From: Rubrivivax sp.
GTDB lineage: Bacteria > Pseudomonadota > Gammaproteobacteria > Burkholderiales > Burkholderiaceae_C
NCBI GenBank assembly: GCA_031372005.1
Contig: JANMKK010000023.1
Location: 28,724 to 92,723 of the forward strand
Reading direction: 5' to 3'
Length of the DNA: 64,000 nt
Shown here: piece after piece, positions 7,948-17,284 of the stretch
How the letters are laid out: each line of letters begins with the position of its first letter
Position numbering within the stretch: position 1 is the stretch's first letter
Notes under the pieces: generated by a model
Told to the model about the DNA's origin: nothing
The model's database searches: none
Seen by the model: the letters and a program-made list of their open reading frames with translations, nothing else
Made by a program: the position numbers and the translations under genes

Positions 7948-9125
7948 CGGCCCTCTGCCTGGCCTGCGCGGCGCACGCACAGTCCAGCGGCGGCGGCTAC
8001 CTGGCGCTGGCGCACGCCGCAGCCATCGAGGGCGGTGGCACGGTGCTCAACCGCGCCGAGGCCGGCCTGCATGGGCGAGCCGCCTTCGGGGCCTGCCAGG
8101 CCAGGTTCGACGTGCGGATCCGGCACGACGAGGCGCTGTCCACCCCACCCGGCACCGAAGGCGAACTGCGCGAAGCCGCCGTGCTTTGCCGGCTGGACCG
8201 CTGGTTGCTTCAGGCCGGTCGCCAATCGGTGGTCTGGGGCAAAGCAGACGGACTGGCCGTGCTGGACGCCGTGCATCCGTTCGACCGCCGCGAATTCCCG
8301 TTTGCCGATCGCGAGCAGGCGCGGTTGGCGCTGACGATATTGCGCGCCGAGGTCCGCGTCACCGACAACGACACGGTGCAGGGACTGTGGATTCCGGAAC
8401 GTCGCGAAGAACTTCTGCCCGCCCCGGGTGGTCGCTTCGCCGCCGGCTGGGGTGCTCAGGCAGCGTTGGCCAACACGGCGGCTGCCGCCAGCGGCCGGTG
8501 GCGGCAGCCGCAATGGGGCGGCCAATGGGAACACGGCGACCCGGGCCTGAGCTGGACCCTGAACGCCCTGCAGCGCTGGGCACCGCAGCCCGGCTGGGAT
8601 GTCGACCTGTCCACCGGCCGTGTCCAGCGCCGTGCATACCGGCAGACCATCATCGGCGGCAGCTTTGAATTCGAGGCGGGTGCGGGTTGGGTGCTGCGCG
8701 GCGAGGGGGCCACGACAGACCGCCAGGCGCTGCCTGTGGTGCCGGGTGCCGGGGTACCGCGCTTCAGCCGGCAGCGGAGCACCATCGTCGGCGCGGACCA
8801 CCTGTGGGACGACACGCTGCTGGCTGCCCAGTGGATGCGAACGGCGTGGCGGGGGCCCCTGCCCGAAGGCACCCGTCCTGCGCAGGACTGGCTGACACTG
8901 GCCGCCAGCCGCAGCGCCTGGCAGGACCGGCTGCACCTCAAGGCCTCGAGCGCATGGGACCTGACGCGCCGTGCGCGGTGGCTGCGTGCAGAGGCCAGGC
9001 TGCAGCGGTCCGCCACGTGGTCCGCAGCGTTCACCGTCGACGCCGTGCGCGGCCGCCCGGATTCCGTGCTCGGCGCCTTCCAGCCCGCGAGCCGGGTGGG
9101 GCTGAGCGTGCGGGCGGATTGGTAG
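7917..9125 (+). CDS. Secreted outer-membrane beta-barrel-like protein (DUF1302-like)
   Basis: Signal peptide (AALCLACAAHA/QS), GRQSVVWGKADG motif, alternating beta-strand pattern and C-terminal Trp. Confidence 0.6.
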   Translation: MLPSRAAATVAALCLACAAHAQSSGGGYLALAHAAAIEGGGTVLNRAEAGLHGRAAFGACQARFDVRIRHDEALSTPPGTEGELREAAVLCRLDRWLLQAGRQSVVWGKADGLAVLDAVHPFDRREFPFADREQARLALTILRAEVRVTDNDTVQGLWIPERREELLPAPGGRFAAGWGAQAALANTAAAASGRWRQPQWGGQWEHGDPGLSWTLNALQRWAPQPGWDVDLSTGRVQRRAYRQTIIGGSFEFEAGAGWVLRGEGATTDRQALPVVPGAGVPRFSRQRSTIVGADHLWDDTLLAAQWMRTAWRGPLPEGTRPAQDWLTLAASRSAWQDRLHLKASSAWDLTRRARWLRAEARLQRSATWSAAFTVDAVRGRPDSVLGAFQPASRVGLSVRADW

Positions 9126-9171
9126 ACCCCTGAACCTTGGTAGTTGTGCAGTTGGCGCCCCGCACATGAAA

Positions 9172-9185
9172 TGCCTGATCAGGCA
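9172..9185. promoter_or_regulatory. Perfect 14-bp palindrome TGCCTGATCAGGCA in the intergenic region upstream of the NusG paralogue; possible operator
   Basis: Self-reverse-complementary sequence read directly. It lies in the 141-bp non-coding gap 9126-9266, the largest on the plus arm. Confidence 0.35.
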
Positions 9186-9266
9186 CTTGCGGGCCATGGG
9201 CCACAGCCGGCGACGGGGGTGAGGTGTCGGGGTTGAAGAACTTCGTCGCAATTCAGGAGAGTTGAA

Positions 9267-9788
9267 GTGGGAGTTCTGCAAAATTCATGGAGCAATGCCT
9301 GGTTGGTGTTGCGCACGAAGAGCCGGCGCGAAAAACTGGTGGAGGGCTTCCTCCACCGGCATGGCATCACCAGCTTCCTGCCGCGGCGAAGCGAGCTCCG
9401 GAAGTGGCATGACCGGACCAAGGCGCTGGAGACCGTGCTTTTTCCGGGTTATGTTTTCGTGCAGCCGAACGCCTGCCAGTTTGCCACGCTGCGCCACGCG
9501 CACGGCTCGCTGGGCCTGCTGTTCAGCGGCGGCGCGCCGGCCCGCGTCTCCGACCGTGAGATCGAGGCGATCCGCATCGTGGTCGGCAGCGGAGAGCCGC
9601 TGTTGGTGAACGTGGACTTTGCGCCCGGCCAGTACGTGGAGGTTATCGGTGGCCCGTTCGCGGGCGCGCACGGCGAATTCGTGCGGATGAAGAACGGGCG
9701 GCGGCTGATCATCAAAGCCGACGTGATCGGCCAGAGCGTTTGCGTCGAGATCGACGCTTCGCAGATCCGCGCCGTCGAACCCGCTTAA
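9267..9788 (+). CDS. NusG-paralogue transcription antiterminator (UpxY/RfaH/TaA/LoaP class)
   Basis: NGN domain (WLVLRTKSRREK...LFPGYVFV) plus KOW motif (GQYVEVIGGPFAG); caggag RBS with GTG start. Confidence 0.9.
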   Translation: MGVLQNSWSNAWLVLRTKSRREKLVEGFLHRHGITSFLPRRSELRKWHDRTKALETVLFPGYVFVQPNACQFATLRHAHGSLGLLFSGGAPARVSDREIEAIRIVVGSGEPLLVNVDFAPGQYVEVIGGPFAGAHGEFVRMKNGRRLIIKADVIGQSVCVEIDASQIRAVEPA

Positions 9789-9831
9789 CCGTCATGAGGT
9801 CCACCTTCATACGCCGTTGCGTCGGAGTGGC

Positions 9832-11073
9832 ATGCCCATGACCACCACCGAGATCTTCCTGATCGCGATGCTGTTGATCTTCACGGCACCGTACCTGATC
9901 TGGCGCCTGGGCAACACCGACAGCTTCGCGCCGCTCGTCGTCGTGCAGATCCTGACCGGCATCCTGCTCGGGCCCGGCGTCCTTGGCGCAGCGCTGCCCG
10001 AATACCACGCCTTTGTCTTCACGCCGCAGGTGGTTGGCGCGCTGAACGGCATTGCCTGGTGGGCGGTGATGCTGTTCGTCTGGACCGCCGGCATTGAACT
10101 CAACCTGCAAGAGGCCTGGAAGCACCGCAAGGAGACGGCCACGGTGGCCGGCTTCGCACTGATCACGCCGCTGCTGTTCGGCTGCTTCGCCGCGGTGGCA
10201 CTGCTGGCGTGGAAGCAGTCGTGGATCGGGCCGAAGGGCATGCCCTGGCAGTTCATCGCGGGCGTGGGCATGGGTTGCGCCGTCACGGCCTTGCCGATCC
10301 TGGTGCTGTTCCTGGAAAAGCTGCACCTGCTGCGGCGCCCGCTCGGGCAGCGCGCATTGCGGTACGCCAGCTGCGACGACGTGGCGATCTGGGGCGTGCT
10401 GGCGCTGATCCTGCTGGATTGGGAGCGCATTGGCCGCCAGTCGATGTTTCTGGTCGGCTTCGGTTTCGCGGCGTGGGGCTTGCGCGCGCTCATGCGGCGC
10501 CTGCCGGAGTCTGACCGCTGGTACCTGGGCCTGATCTGGCTGGCGACCTGCGCGCTGGCCGCAGACTGGGCGGGCCTGCATTACATGGTCGGCGCCTTCC
10601 TGTCCGGCATGGTGCTGGACGCCGCCTGGTTCGACCACAAGCGCATGGACGCCATGCGCGACCATTTGCTGCTGGTGGCGATGCCGGTGTTCTTCCTCAG
10701 CACCGGCCTGCGCACGAACTGGAGCATCGGCGCGGACACCGTGTTCGTCGCGGCGGGCCTGCTGCTGATCGTCAGCATCGGGGGCAAGCTGCTGGGGGTG
10801 TCGATCGCCGCCAAGCTGCTCCGCTGGCCGCCGGGCGAGGCGCGCATGGTGGGCTGGCTGCTGCAGACCAAGGGTCTGATCGAGATCATCTTCGCCAACG
10901 TGCTGCTCGACAAGGGAATCATCTCCAGCGACGCCTTCACCGCGCTGCTGCTGATGGCGCTGGGCAGCACGGCGTTGGCGATCCCGATGCTCCGCAGCAG
11001 CCGGGCGCCTAGGTCATCGGTTCCGCAGGCGGGGCTGGCCGAGTTGCCTGTGGCAGGCAAGCCCGCCGACTGA
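9832..11073 (+). CDS. Cation:proton antiporter (CPA2 / Na+/H+ exchanger family)
   Basis: About 12 hydrophobic segments; GILLGP, GIEL, TALPIL, GAFLSG and KLLG...KGLIEIIF motifs. Confidence 0.88.
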   Translation: MPMTTTEIFLIAMLLIFTAPYLIWRLGNTDSFAPLVVVQILTGILLGPGVLGAALPEYHAFVFTPQVVGALNGIAWWAVMLFVWTAGIELNLQEAWKHRKETATVAGFALITPLLFGCFAAVALLAWKQSWIGPKGMPWQFIAGVGMGCAVTALPILVLFLEKLHLLRRPLGQRALRYASCDDVAIWGVLALILLDWERIGRQSMFLVGFGFAAWGLRALMRRLPESDRWYLGLIWLATCALAADWAGLHYMVGAFLSGMVLDAAWFDHKRMDAMRDHLLLVAMPVFFLSTGLRTNWSIGADTVFVAAGLLLIVSIGGKLLGVSIAAKLLRWPPGEARMVGWLLQTKGLIEIIFANVLLDKGIISSDAFTALLLMALGSTALAIPMLRSSRAPRSSVPQAGLAELPVAGKPAD

Positions 11074-11899
11074 GGCGTGCCGGGACGGGCGCGGCCGTCC
11101 CGGCGCCGTCGGCCGCCTCAGCGCACCGCGCCCGCGTCGTCCGCAGGGCAGTCAGCGTGCAGTCGCTGCGGTCCACCAGAGGCGTGATGCGGCGCACCCG
11201 CAGCAGCGGGCCTTGGGCGTCTTCGGCCTCCAGGCACAGGGCCAGCAGGTGGTGGGGCGACACCTGCCAGGACCCCAACCACCAGCGGCCCGCAGGCAAG
11301 CCGGCAGGGCTGCTGAAGGCGATGCCATGATCGGCTGAAGCCAGGTCGAAGCCGAAGCTGTCCAGCGCTTGGTGCAGGCCCATGCCGAGTGCCTTGACGT
11401 AGCTCTCCTTCAGCGTCCACAGCTCCCAGAACCGCCGCGGTTGCAGCCGCGCCGGCAGCGCCGCCAGTGCTGCACGTTCATGGGCGCTGAAGAACCGGTG
11501 GGCGACGCCCAGGGGCGCGGTGCGCCGCGTGTCTTCGATATCGAGCCCGACTGGCTGCCCTTCGGTCACCACCAGCGCGACCAAGCCCGTGGTGTGCGAC
11601 ACGTTGAAGGCCAGGCGCGCCGTGGCAGCCGACGCCTGCAGCGCCGGCTTGCCCCAGGCGTTGGTCTTGAACTGCAAGGTCTCCGGCGGCGCACCGGTGT
11701 ATTCGCCCAGCACGCAGCGCACGAGCGCGCGTGTCAGCAGATAGCGGTCACGATCAACTTCGAAAAAAAAGCGTCGATGCTGCACTTGCTCGGGCCCGCT
11801 CAGCAGCGCCTCGTACGCGCGGCGCAGCGGTGCCTGCCGGCAAACTGCCGGGTCGGTCAGCCAGACATCGGCCCGTGTGCCGGCAGGGGCCTGCGTCAT
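11009..11899 (-). CDS. Sfp-type 4'-phosphopantetheinyl transferase
   Basis: FNVSHT, VGLDIE and WTLKESYVKALGMG motifs; ATGA overlap with the upstream AT-like gene. Confidence 0.93.
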   Translation of the reverse strand: MTQAPAGTRADVWLTDPAVCRQAPLRRAYEALLSGPEQVQHRRFFFEVDRDRYLLTRALVRCVLGEYTGAPPETLQFKTNAWGKPALQASAATARLAFNVSHTTGLVALVVTEGQPVGLDIEDTRRTAPLGVAHRFFSAHERAALAALPARLQPRRFWELWTLKESYVKALGMGLHQALDSFGFDLASADHGIAFSSPAGLPAGRWWLGSWQVSPHHLLALCLEAEDAQGPLLRVRRITPLVDRSDCTLTALRTTRARCAEAADGAGTAAPVPARLSRRACLPQATRPAPPAEPMT

Positions 11900-12924
11900 G
11901 ACGCGGCCCTTGGCGCCGACGGGGCCGCTGCGGACAGCAGCGCGTCAAGCGCTGTACGTTCTCCGCCATAGGGGCTCAGGACGCGGTGCACCCGGGATGC
12001 CGAGCCGGCCGGCAGCAGCGGCTTGAGCAGGGCCGCCAGCGTGCCCGAGGGGCCGACGTCGATGTAGCGGCAGTCGGTCCATCCAGCTTCGGTGGCAGCC
12101 ACCGTGCGGTCAAAGTGGATGGGCGCCAGTGCAGCACGCCAGAGCTGGTCTGGCGACAGCGTCTGCACCTGCCCGGCAGCCGCGCAGCACAGCAGCGGCA
12201 GCCGGGCTGCACGTGCCTGTGGCGCGGGCAGTTCCGTTGCTGCACAGGCTGCGTCCTGAAACAACCAAGGCGAGTGGAAGGGGTAGCGCACCGGCAAGGA
12301 CGCAAACGACACACCGTGCGCCTTCAGATCGGCCTCGATCGAAGGCAGGTCCCCCGCGCGCGCGGCCAGCACCCAATGTGCAGGCCCGTTGAAGGCCGCG
12401 ATCACGCTGCGCTGCTGGAGGGCTGGGAGCAGGTGCAGTGCGGGCGCAGAGAGCACACCGATCATGCCGCCGGGCACACCGTGCTCGGCCACGAAAGCGG
12501 CCTGCCGCACCACCCAGCCCAGCGCCTCTTCCATCTCCAGGCAGCCGGCAGTCACCGCCGCCGCCACCGTACCGAGGCTGACGCCCAGCGTGAGGTCGGG
12601 CTCGATTCCCTGCTCCAGCAGGCATTGCGCCAGCGCGTACTCGACCATGAAGATTGCCGGGTGCGAGGCGCGCAGGTCGTCGAAGGGCGCCGCCTTCGAC
12701 CGGTCGCCGTACACCAGGTCCAGCACCGCAGGCCCGCCGAGGTCACGCACCACCGTGTCCATGCGGCGCATCCAGCGCGCGAACGTGCCGCCCTCCTCGT
12801 ACAGCAGGCGGCCCATCTGAAAATACTGCGAGCCCTGGCCCGAGAACATGAAGACATTGCGCGCCGTGGCTTCGCCGGCGCGCTGCCGCTCCGGCCGCCC
12901 AGGCCTGCTCGCGATGCTGTCCAT
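11896..12924 (-). CDS. Stand-alone AT-like protein, probably a proofreading acyl hydrolase (PksD/PedC type)
   Basis: FMFSGQGSQYFQMG, SHPAIFMVEYAL, GVSLG (not GHSLG) and YPFHS. This pattern matches the PksD/BaeD/PedC class rather than malonyl-AT. Confidence 0.75.
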   Translation of the reverse strand: MDSIASRPGRPERQRAGEATARNVFMFSGQGSQYFQMGRLLYEEGGTFARWMRRMDTVVRDLGGPAVLDLVYGDRSKAAPFDDLRASHPAIFMVEYALAQCLLEQGIEPDLTLGVSLGTVAAAVTAGCLEMEEALGWVVRQAAFVAEHGVPGGMIGVLSAPALHLLPALQQRSVIAAFNGPAHWVLAARAGDLPSIEADLKAHGVSFASLPVRYPFHSPWLFQDAACAATELPAPQARAARLPLLCCAAAGQVQTLSPDQLWRAALAPIHFDRTVAATEAGWTDCRYIDVGPSGTLAALLKPLLPAGSASRVHRVLSPYGGERTALDALLSAAAPSAPRAAS

Positions 12925-14138
12925 CAGTTGGCCACGCGCACGGTCGCGGTCACCGACAAGCCGGGCCTGAGCTTGGCGAGTTGCGCACCCTGGTCCGGGT
13001 TGAGCCGGATGCGCACGGGCACCCGCTGCACGATCTTTGTGAAGTTGCCGGTGCCCGGCTCGAACGGCAGCATCGCAAACTCGGAACCGGTGCCCGGCGC
13101 GAAGCTGTCGACCAGGCCGGTCAGCACCACGCCCGGCATGGCATCAACCTTCAGTTCTGCCGGCTGGCCCGCGTTCATGCGCGCGGTTTGCGTTTCCTTG
13201 AAGTACGCCAGCACATACAGCTTGTCCAGCGGCACCAGCGACAGCAGGCGCCTGGCCGGTTGCACGTAGTCGCCAACACGCGCCTGCAGCGCGCCGACGA
13301 CGCCATCCACCGGGGCCCGCACCAGCGTGTGGCCCTGGTCCTGGCGGGCCAGCGCGGCGTTGGCGTCGCTGCGTGCCAGGCCAGCCTCGGCTTGCGCCAG
13401 GCTGGCTTTCAGTGCGGCCCGCCGGGTGCGTGTCAGTGCCGCCTGGTTGCCGCTGACGCGCAGCGCCGCCCGGCTGCGATCAGTCTCGGCCTGCGCGACC
13501 AGTGCGGCCGCCTTGGCCGACTCGGCATCGCGCGCAGCCACCGCGCCCGAGGCCACCAGCGACTCGAAGCGCAGCTGGTCCTGTGTGGCCCGCACCTGCT
13601 GGGCCGTGGCGGCGCGAACGGCCGTTTCGACCGCCTGGATGTTGGACTCCGCCAGCCTCTCTTCGGCATCCAGCGTGGCCAGCGCTGCAGCGGCCGACGC
13701 CACCGCGGCGCGCGCGTTCTGCATCTCAGCCGCCGCCAGCGCGACGCGGACATCAAATTCGTCGGCCTCGATGCGCACCAGCGGCGTGCCCGTCTTCACG
13801 ACCTGGTTGTCGCGCACCAGCACCTCGGCGATGCGGCCCCGCACCTGCGCGGCCACTACCGTGCCGTCGGCACGCAGGTAGGCGCTGTCGGTGGACTCGC
13901 GTTCTTTCGGAATCAGGATCACGGCCGCGCCTGCTGCGGCGAGCAGCAAGGCTGCGCTGACGGCGACCAGACCGCGCCAGCGCTTGGGCTTGGGCTTGGG
14001 CTTCCCCGCCAGTGGCTCGGGCCCGGATGCGGCCTCTGTCACCGGGCCGGGTGCTGCTTCGGCATGCAGTGCATGTGCAGCCGTGCGCGGCACAGCCGCT
14101 GCGGCCGGCCGGGACGCCAGTTCATTCAAGTCGCTCAT
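12924..14138 (-). CDS. HlyD/EmrA family membrane-fusion efflux protein
   Basis: N-terminal TM anchor, lipoyl-like VAAQVRGRI and VRAPVDGVV segments, helical hairpin and GNFTKIVQRVPVRI. Confidence 0.92.
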   Translation of the reverse strand: MSDLNELASRPAAAAVPRTAAHALHAEAAPGPVTEAASGPEPLAGKPKPKPKRWRGLVAVSAALLLAAAGAAVILIPKERESTDSAYLRADGTVVAAQVRGRIAEVLVRDNQVVKTGTPLVRIEADEFDVRVALAAAEMQNARAAVASAAAALATLDAEERLAESNIQAVETAVRAATAQQVRATQDQLRFESLVASGAVAARDAESAKAAALVAQAETDRSRAALRVSGNQAALTRTRRAALKASLAQAEAGLARSDANAALARQDQGHTLVRAPVDGVVGALQARVGDYVQPARRLLSLVPLDKLYVLAYFKETQTARMNAGQPAELKVDAMPGVVLTGLVDSFAPGTGSEFAMLPFEPGTGNFTKIVQRVPVRIRLNPDQGAQLAKLRPGLSVTATVRVAN

Positions 14139-14140
14139 GG

Positions 14141-15649
14141 TCACTCCTGACAATCATTTGTGTGGACGCGCTCGCCCTGCGGCGCCTGCCAGCCGCCACC
14201 GAGCGCACGGAACGAGGCCACCGCAGCGCGCGCGGCGCCAGCCCGGGCCAGCATCTGCTGGTCCGACACCGCAAGCAGTTGCCGGTCCAGGTCCAGCACC
14301 TCCAGCAGGCTGACGGCGCCTTGCGAATACGCGGAAAACGCCAGCCCACGCGCACTGCGCAGGCGCTCGAGCTGCCGGCCCAGAGCCATGGCTCGCGCTT
14401 CTTCGTTGAGCAGCGTCAGCAGTGCGGTCTCGACCTCTGCCGCTGCGGTGAACACCGCCGCGCGGTAGTGGGCCAGCGCCTCGGCCTGGCGGCCGCGGGC
14501 CAGCGCCACCTCGGCGTCGACGCGTCCGAAGTCGAACAAGCGCCAGCGCAGGGCGGCGCCGAACTCGGAGCCCAGCGCATCGCCACTGACAAGGCGCCCC
14601 GAGACCACGCTGTTCAGGCCCACCAGCGCCGACAACGACACCTTGGGGTAGTACTCCGACAGCGCGGCAGCAATGCGTGCCTGGCTGGCAAGCAGCTGCA
14701 CCTCGGCGGCACGCAGGTCCGGCCGGCGGCGCAACAACGCGGCCGGCCCTGCAGCGGCTGCGATGCCGGGCGCGACCGGCAGCGGTGCCGCGCGTTCGAA
14801 CTCGCCCCGGTGCGTGCCCGGCGCGGCACCCATCAGCACATCGAGTTGCACGAGTTCGGTCTCCACCGCAGCGTGCAGGGGCGGCATCGCTGCGCGCACG
14901 CCTTCCAGCACCGCGACGGCGCTGTCGAGCTCGCGACGCGCGCTCAGGCCCTGGTCCACGCGCTGCGACACCAGGTCCGCCAGGCGTTGCGCCAGCGCCT
15001 CCTGCGCCCGTGTCGTCGCCAGGCGCGCCTGCGCCACCCGCAGCCGCAGGTAGGTGTCGGCGACCTCGGCCGCCAGCCCGATCTGCGCCGCACGCGCGGA
15101 TTCCCCCGCCGCAGCCGCCTCGGCGAGGGTGGCGTCGCGCAGTGCACGGCTGCCACCGAACAGGTCGATCTCCCACGAGGCCCTTGCCCCGATGCGCTGG
15201 TGCACGTAGTCGCGGTCGAAACCCGGCAAGGCGCTCGCCAGACGCGTCAGCGGGTCGAGCAGCGACTGGCTGACGGCAGTGCTGGATGCCTGCAGGTCCA
15301 TCCGTGGCATGCGGTCGGCGCCGGTCGCCTGGGCCAGCGCCTGCGCCTGCTCCAGCCGTGCCCGGGCCCGCGCGAGATTCGGGCTGTCGGACACCGCGCG
15401 CTCGACGGCGCGGGTCAGCGCGTCGTCGTGAAAGCCGCGCCACCAGTCGTCCAGCGCCGGGGCATCGCCACCCCGCTGCTGCACCGCGCACGCTTGCCGA
15501 AAAGCGGCAGGCAAGGCGAACGCCACGACCGGCGGCGGCGTGTTGACGGCACAGCCAGTGACTGCCACCAGCGCAGCCAGCGCCAACACCGCCACCAGCG
15601 CCGCCGGCCCTGGTGCCTGCAACAACAACTTGAATGGACGCATGTTCAT
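14141..15649 (-). CDS. NodT/TolC-family outer-membrane efflux lipoprotein
   Basis: Lipobox VTGC, DDWWRGFHD, ASWEIDLFG, LLRRRPDL and WRLFDFGR; start overlaps the MFS stop (ATGA). Confidence 0.92.
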   Translation of the reverse strand: MNMRPFKLLLQAPGPAALVAVLALAALVAVTGCAVNTPPPVVAFALPAAFRQACAVQQRGGDAPALDDWWRGFHDDALTRAVERAVSDSPNLARARARLEQAQALAQATGADRMPRMDLQASSTAVSQSLLDPLTRLASALPGFDRDYVHQRIGARASWEIDLFGGSRALRDATLAEAAAAGESARAAQIGLAAEVADTYLRLRVAQARLATTRAQEALAQRLADLVSQRVDQGLSARRELDSAVAVLEGVRAAMPPLHAAVETELVQLDVLMGAAPGTHRGEFERAAPLPVAPGIAAAAGPAALLRRRPDLRAAEVQLLASQARIAAALSEYYPKVSLSALVGLNSVVSGRLVSGDALGSEFGAALRWRLFDFGRVDAEVALARGRQAEALAHYRAAVFTAAAEVETALLTLLNEEARAMALGRQLERLRSARGLAFSAYSQGAVSLLEVLDLDRQLLAVSDQQMLARAGAARAAVASFRALGGGWQAPQGERVHTNDCQE

Positions 15650-17199
15650 ATCTCCACCGCGGGATCTCGCATTGGGTTGGCGGACAAGCGGCACAGCGGC
15701 AGCAACAAGAACGTTGCCAGCAGCATCCACGCCATCAGTCGGAAAGAGTCGTCGAAGGCCAGCGTCAGCGATTCACGCGTGATCAGCCGCTCGATGGCCC
15801 GCTGGCCCATTTGCAACGCCTGCGCGGCGTCGCCGGACGCCACCTCGAAGCGCATGGCCAGTTCGCTCAAGGCTTCCTGCGCGGCCTGGCCCTGGTTGCC
15901 CAGTGACTCGCCAAACCGGGCCAGGTGCAGCCGCGTGTCGTCCTGCAGCCAAGTGTTGACCACCGCAATGCCGACCGCACCGCCGAGGTTGCGCAACAGG
16001 TTGAACAGTCCGGTGGCATGTTGCAATTCCTCGCCCACCAGGCCCGCCAGCGCGATGTTGGCCGCCGGCACCACGCACAACATCCCCGCGAAGCCGCGCA
16101 GGAAGTGTGGCAAGAACAGTTCCGCGAATCCCCATTCACGCCCGATGTCGGAGAACAGCCACAAGCTGGCGACAAACACGCCGAGGCCCAGCGCCATGAC
16201 CAGCCGGGGATCGATTCGCTGGAGCAAGCGCACCGTGACCGGTGCGCTGACCAGCATGCCCAGGCCGGTGACGCAGACGGTGGTGCCGATCTCTGCACTC
16301 GAGAAGCCGCGCACCCTGCCCAGGAAGAGCGGCACCAGGTACGTGGCCGCAAAGATCGCGGCGCTGACAATGGCCGTGATCAGGCTGGCGAACAGGAACG
16401 ACCGCCGGCCCAGCGGCGTCAGCCGCACCACCGGCACCGCCGCGTGGAACGAGCGCTCCAGGAACAACGCAAAAGCCACCAGTGACACCCAGGACACCAC
16501 GGCGATTCCTGGGTCCAGGAGCCAGCCGTGGCGGGGCCCTTCCTCAAGCACGTACTCCAGGCCGCTCAGGCAGATCGCCATCGAGACCAGGTGCGACCAG
16601 TCGAAGCGCCGCAGCAGCGACGGCTCTGCGCTGTCGACGCGGATCAGCAGCACCGACAGCACGGTGACCACGGCCCCGGGCAGCAGGTTGATGTAGAAAA
16701 TCCAGCGCCAGCCGATCGCGTCGGTGATCCAGCCACCGACCGACGGCCCCAGCGCCGGTGCGAGCATCGTGACCACGCCGAGGATGGTGGACGCCACGGC
16801 CGCGTCCTTGCCGGTGAACAGCATGAAGCCCGTGGCCCAGACGGTGGGCACCATGGCGCCGCCGACGAAGCCCTGCAACGCACGGAAGGCGATCATGGAC
16901 TCGATGTTCCAGGCCATGCCGCACAGCGCGCTGGCCAGCGTGAAGAGGCCTGCAGAAAGCGCGAACAACCACCGTGTCGAAAGCGCCCTGGCGAGGAACC
17001 CGGCAAAGGGGATCATGACCAGTTCAGCCATCAGGTAAGAGGTCTGCACCCAGCTGATCTCGGCCGGGCCGGCGGACAGGCCGGACTGCACCTCGTTCAG
17101 CGAGGCCGCGACGATCTGGATGTCGATCAAGGCCATGAACTGGCCGAACGCCATCATCGAGAAGATGAGCAGCTTCCTGCCTCGACTCATTGTGTGCAT
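15646..17199 (-). CDS. DHA2 (EmrB/QacA) 14-TMS MFS efflux permease
   Basis: FMALIDIQIVAASL, SWVQTSYL, RALQGFVGG, APALGPSVGG and WRWIFYIN motifs. Confidence 0.93.
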   Translation of the reverse strand: MHTMSRGRKLLIFSMMAFGQFMALIDIQIVAASLNEVQSGLSAGPAEISWVQTSYLMAELVMIPFAGFLARALSTRWLFALSAGLFTLASALCGMAWNIESMIAFRALQGFVGGAMVPTVWATGFMLFTGKDAAVASTILGVVTMLAPALGPSVGGWITDAIGWRWIFYINLLPGAVVTVLSVLLIRVDSAEPSLLRRFDWSHLVSMAICLSGLEYVLEEGPRHGWLLDPGIAVVSWVSLVAFALFLERSFHAAVPVVRLTPLGRRSFLFASLITAIVSAAIFAATYLVPLFLGRVRGFSSAEIGTTVCVTGLGMLVSAPVTVRLLQRIDPRLVMALGLGVFVASLWLFSDIGREWGFAELFLPHFLRGFAGMLCVVPAANIALAGLVGEELQHATGLFNLLRNLGGAVGIAVVNTWLQDDTRLHLARFGESLGNQGQAAQEALSELAMRFEVASGDAAQALQMGQRAIERLITRESLTLAFDDSFRLMAWMLLATFLLLPLCRLSANPMRDPAVEI

Positions 17200-17284
17200 G
17201 TGATGTCCCGCGCCTTGCGCCTGAGGAGGGAATGGAATGACGATGGCCCGCTTGCAGCGGGCACCTGGCGGTGATCGACCGGCG

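Noticed and set aside
9136-9150. RfaH ops-like element (ttGGTAGttgtg)
   Set aside because: Only the GGTAG core matches GGCGGTAGnnTG, which is too weak to call.
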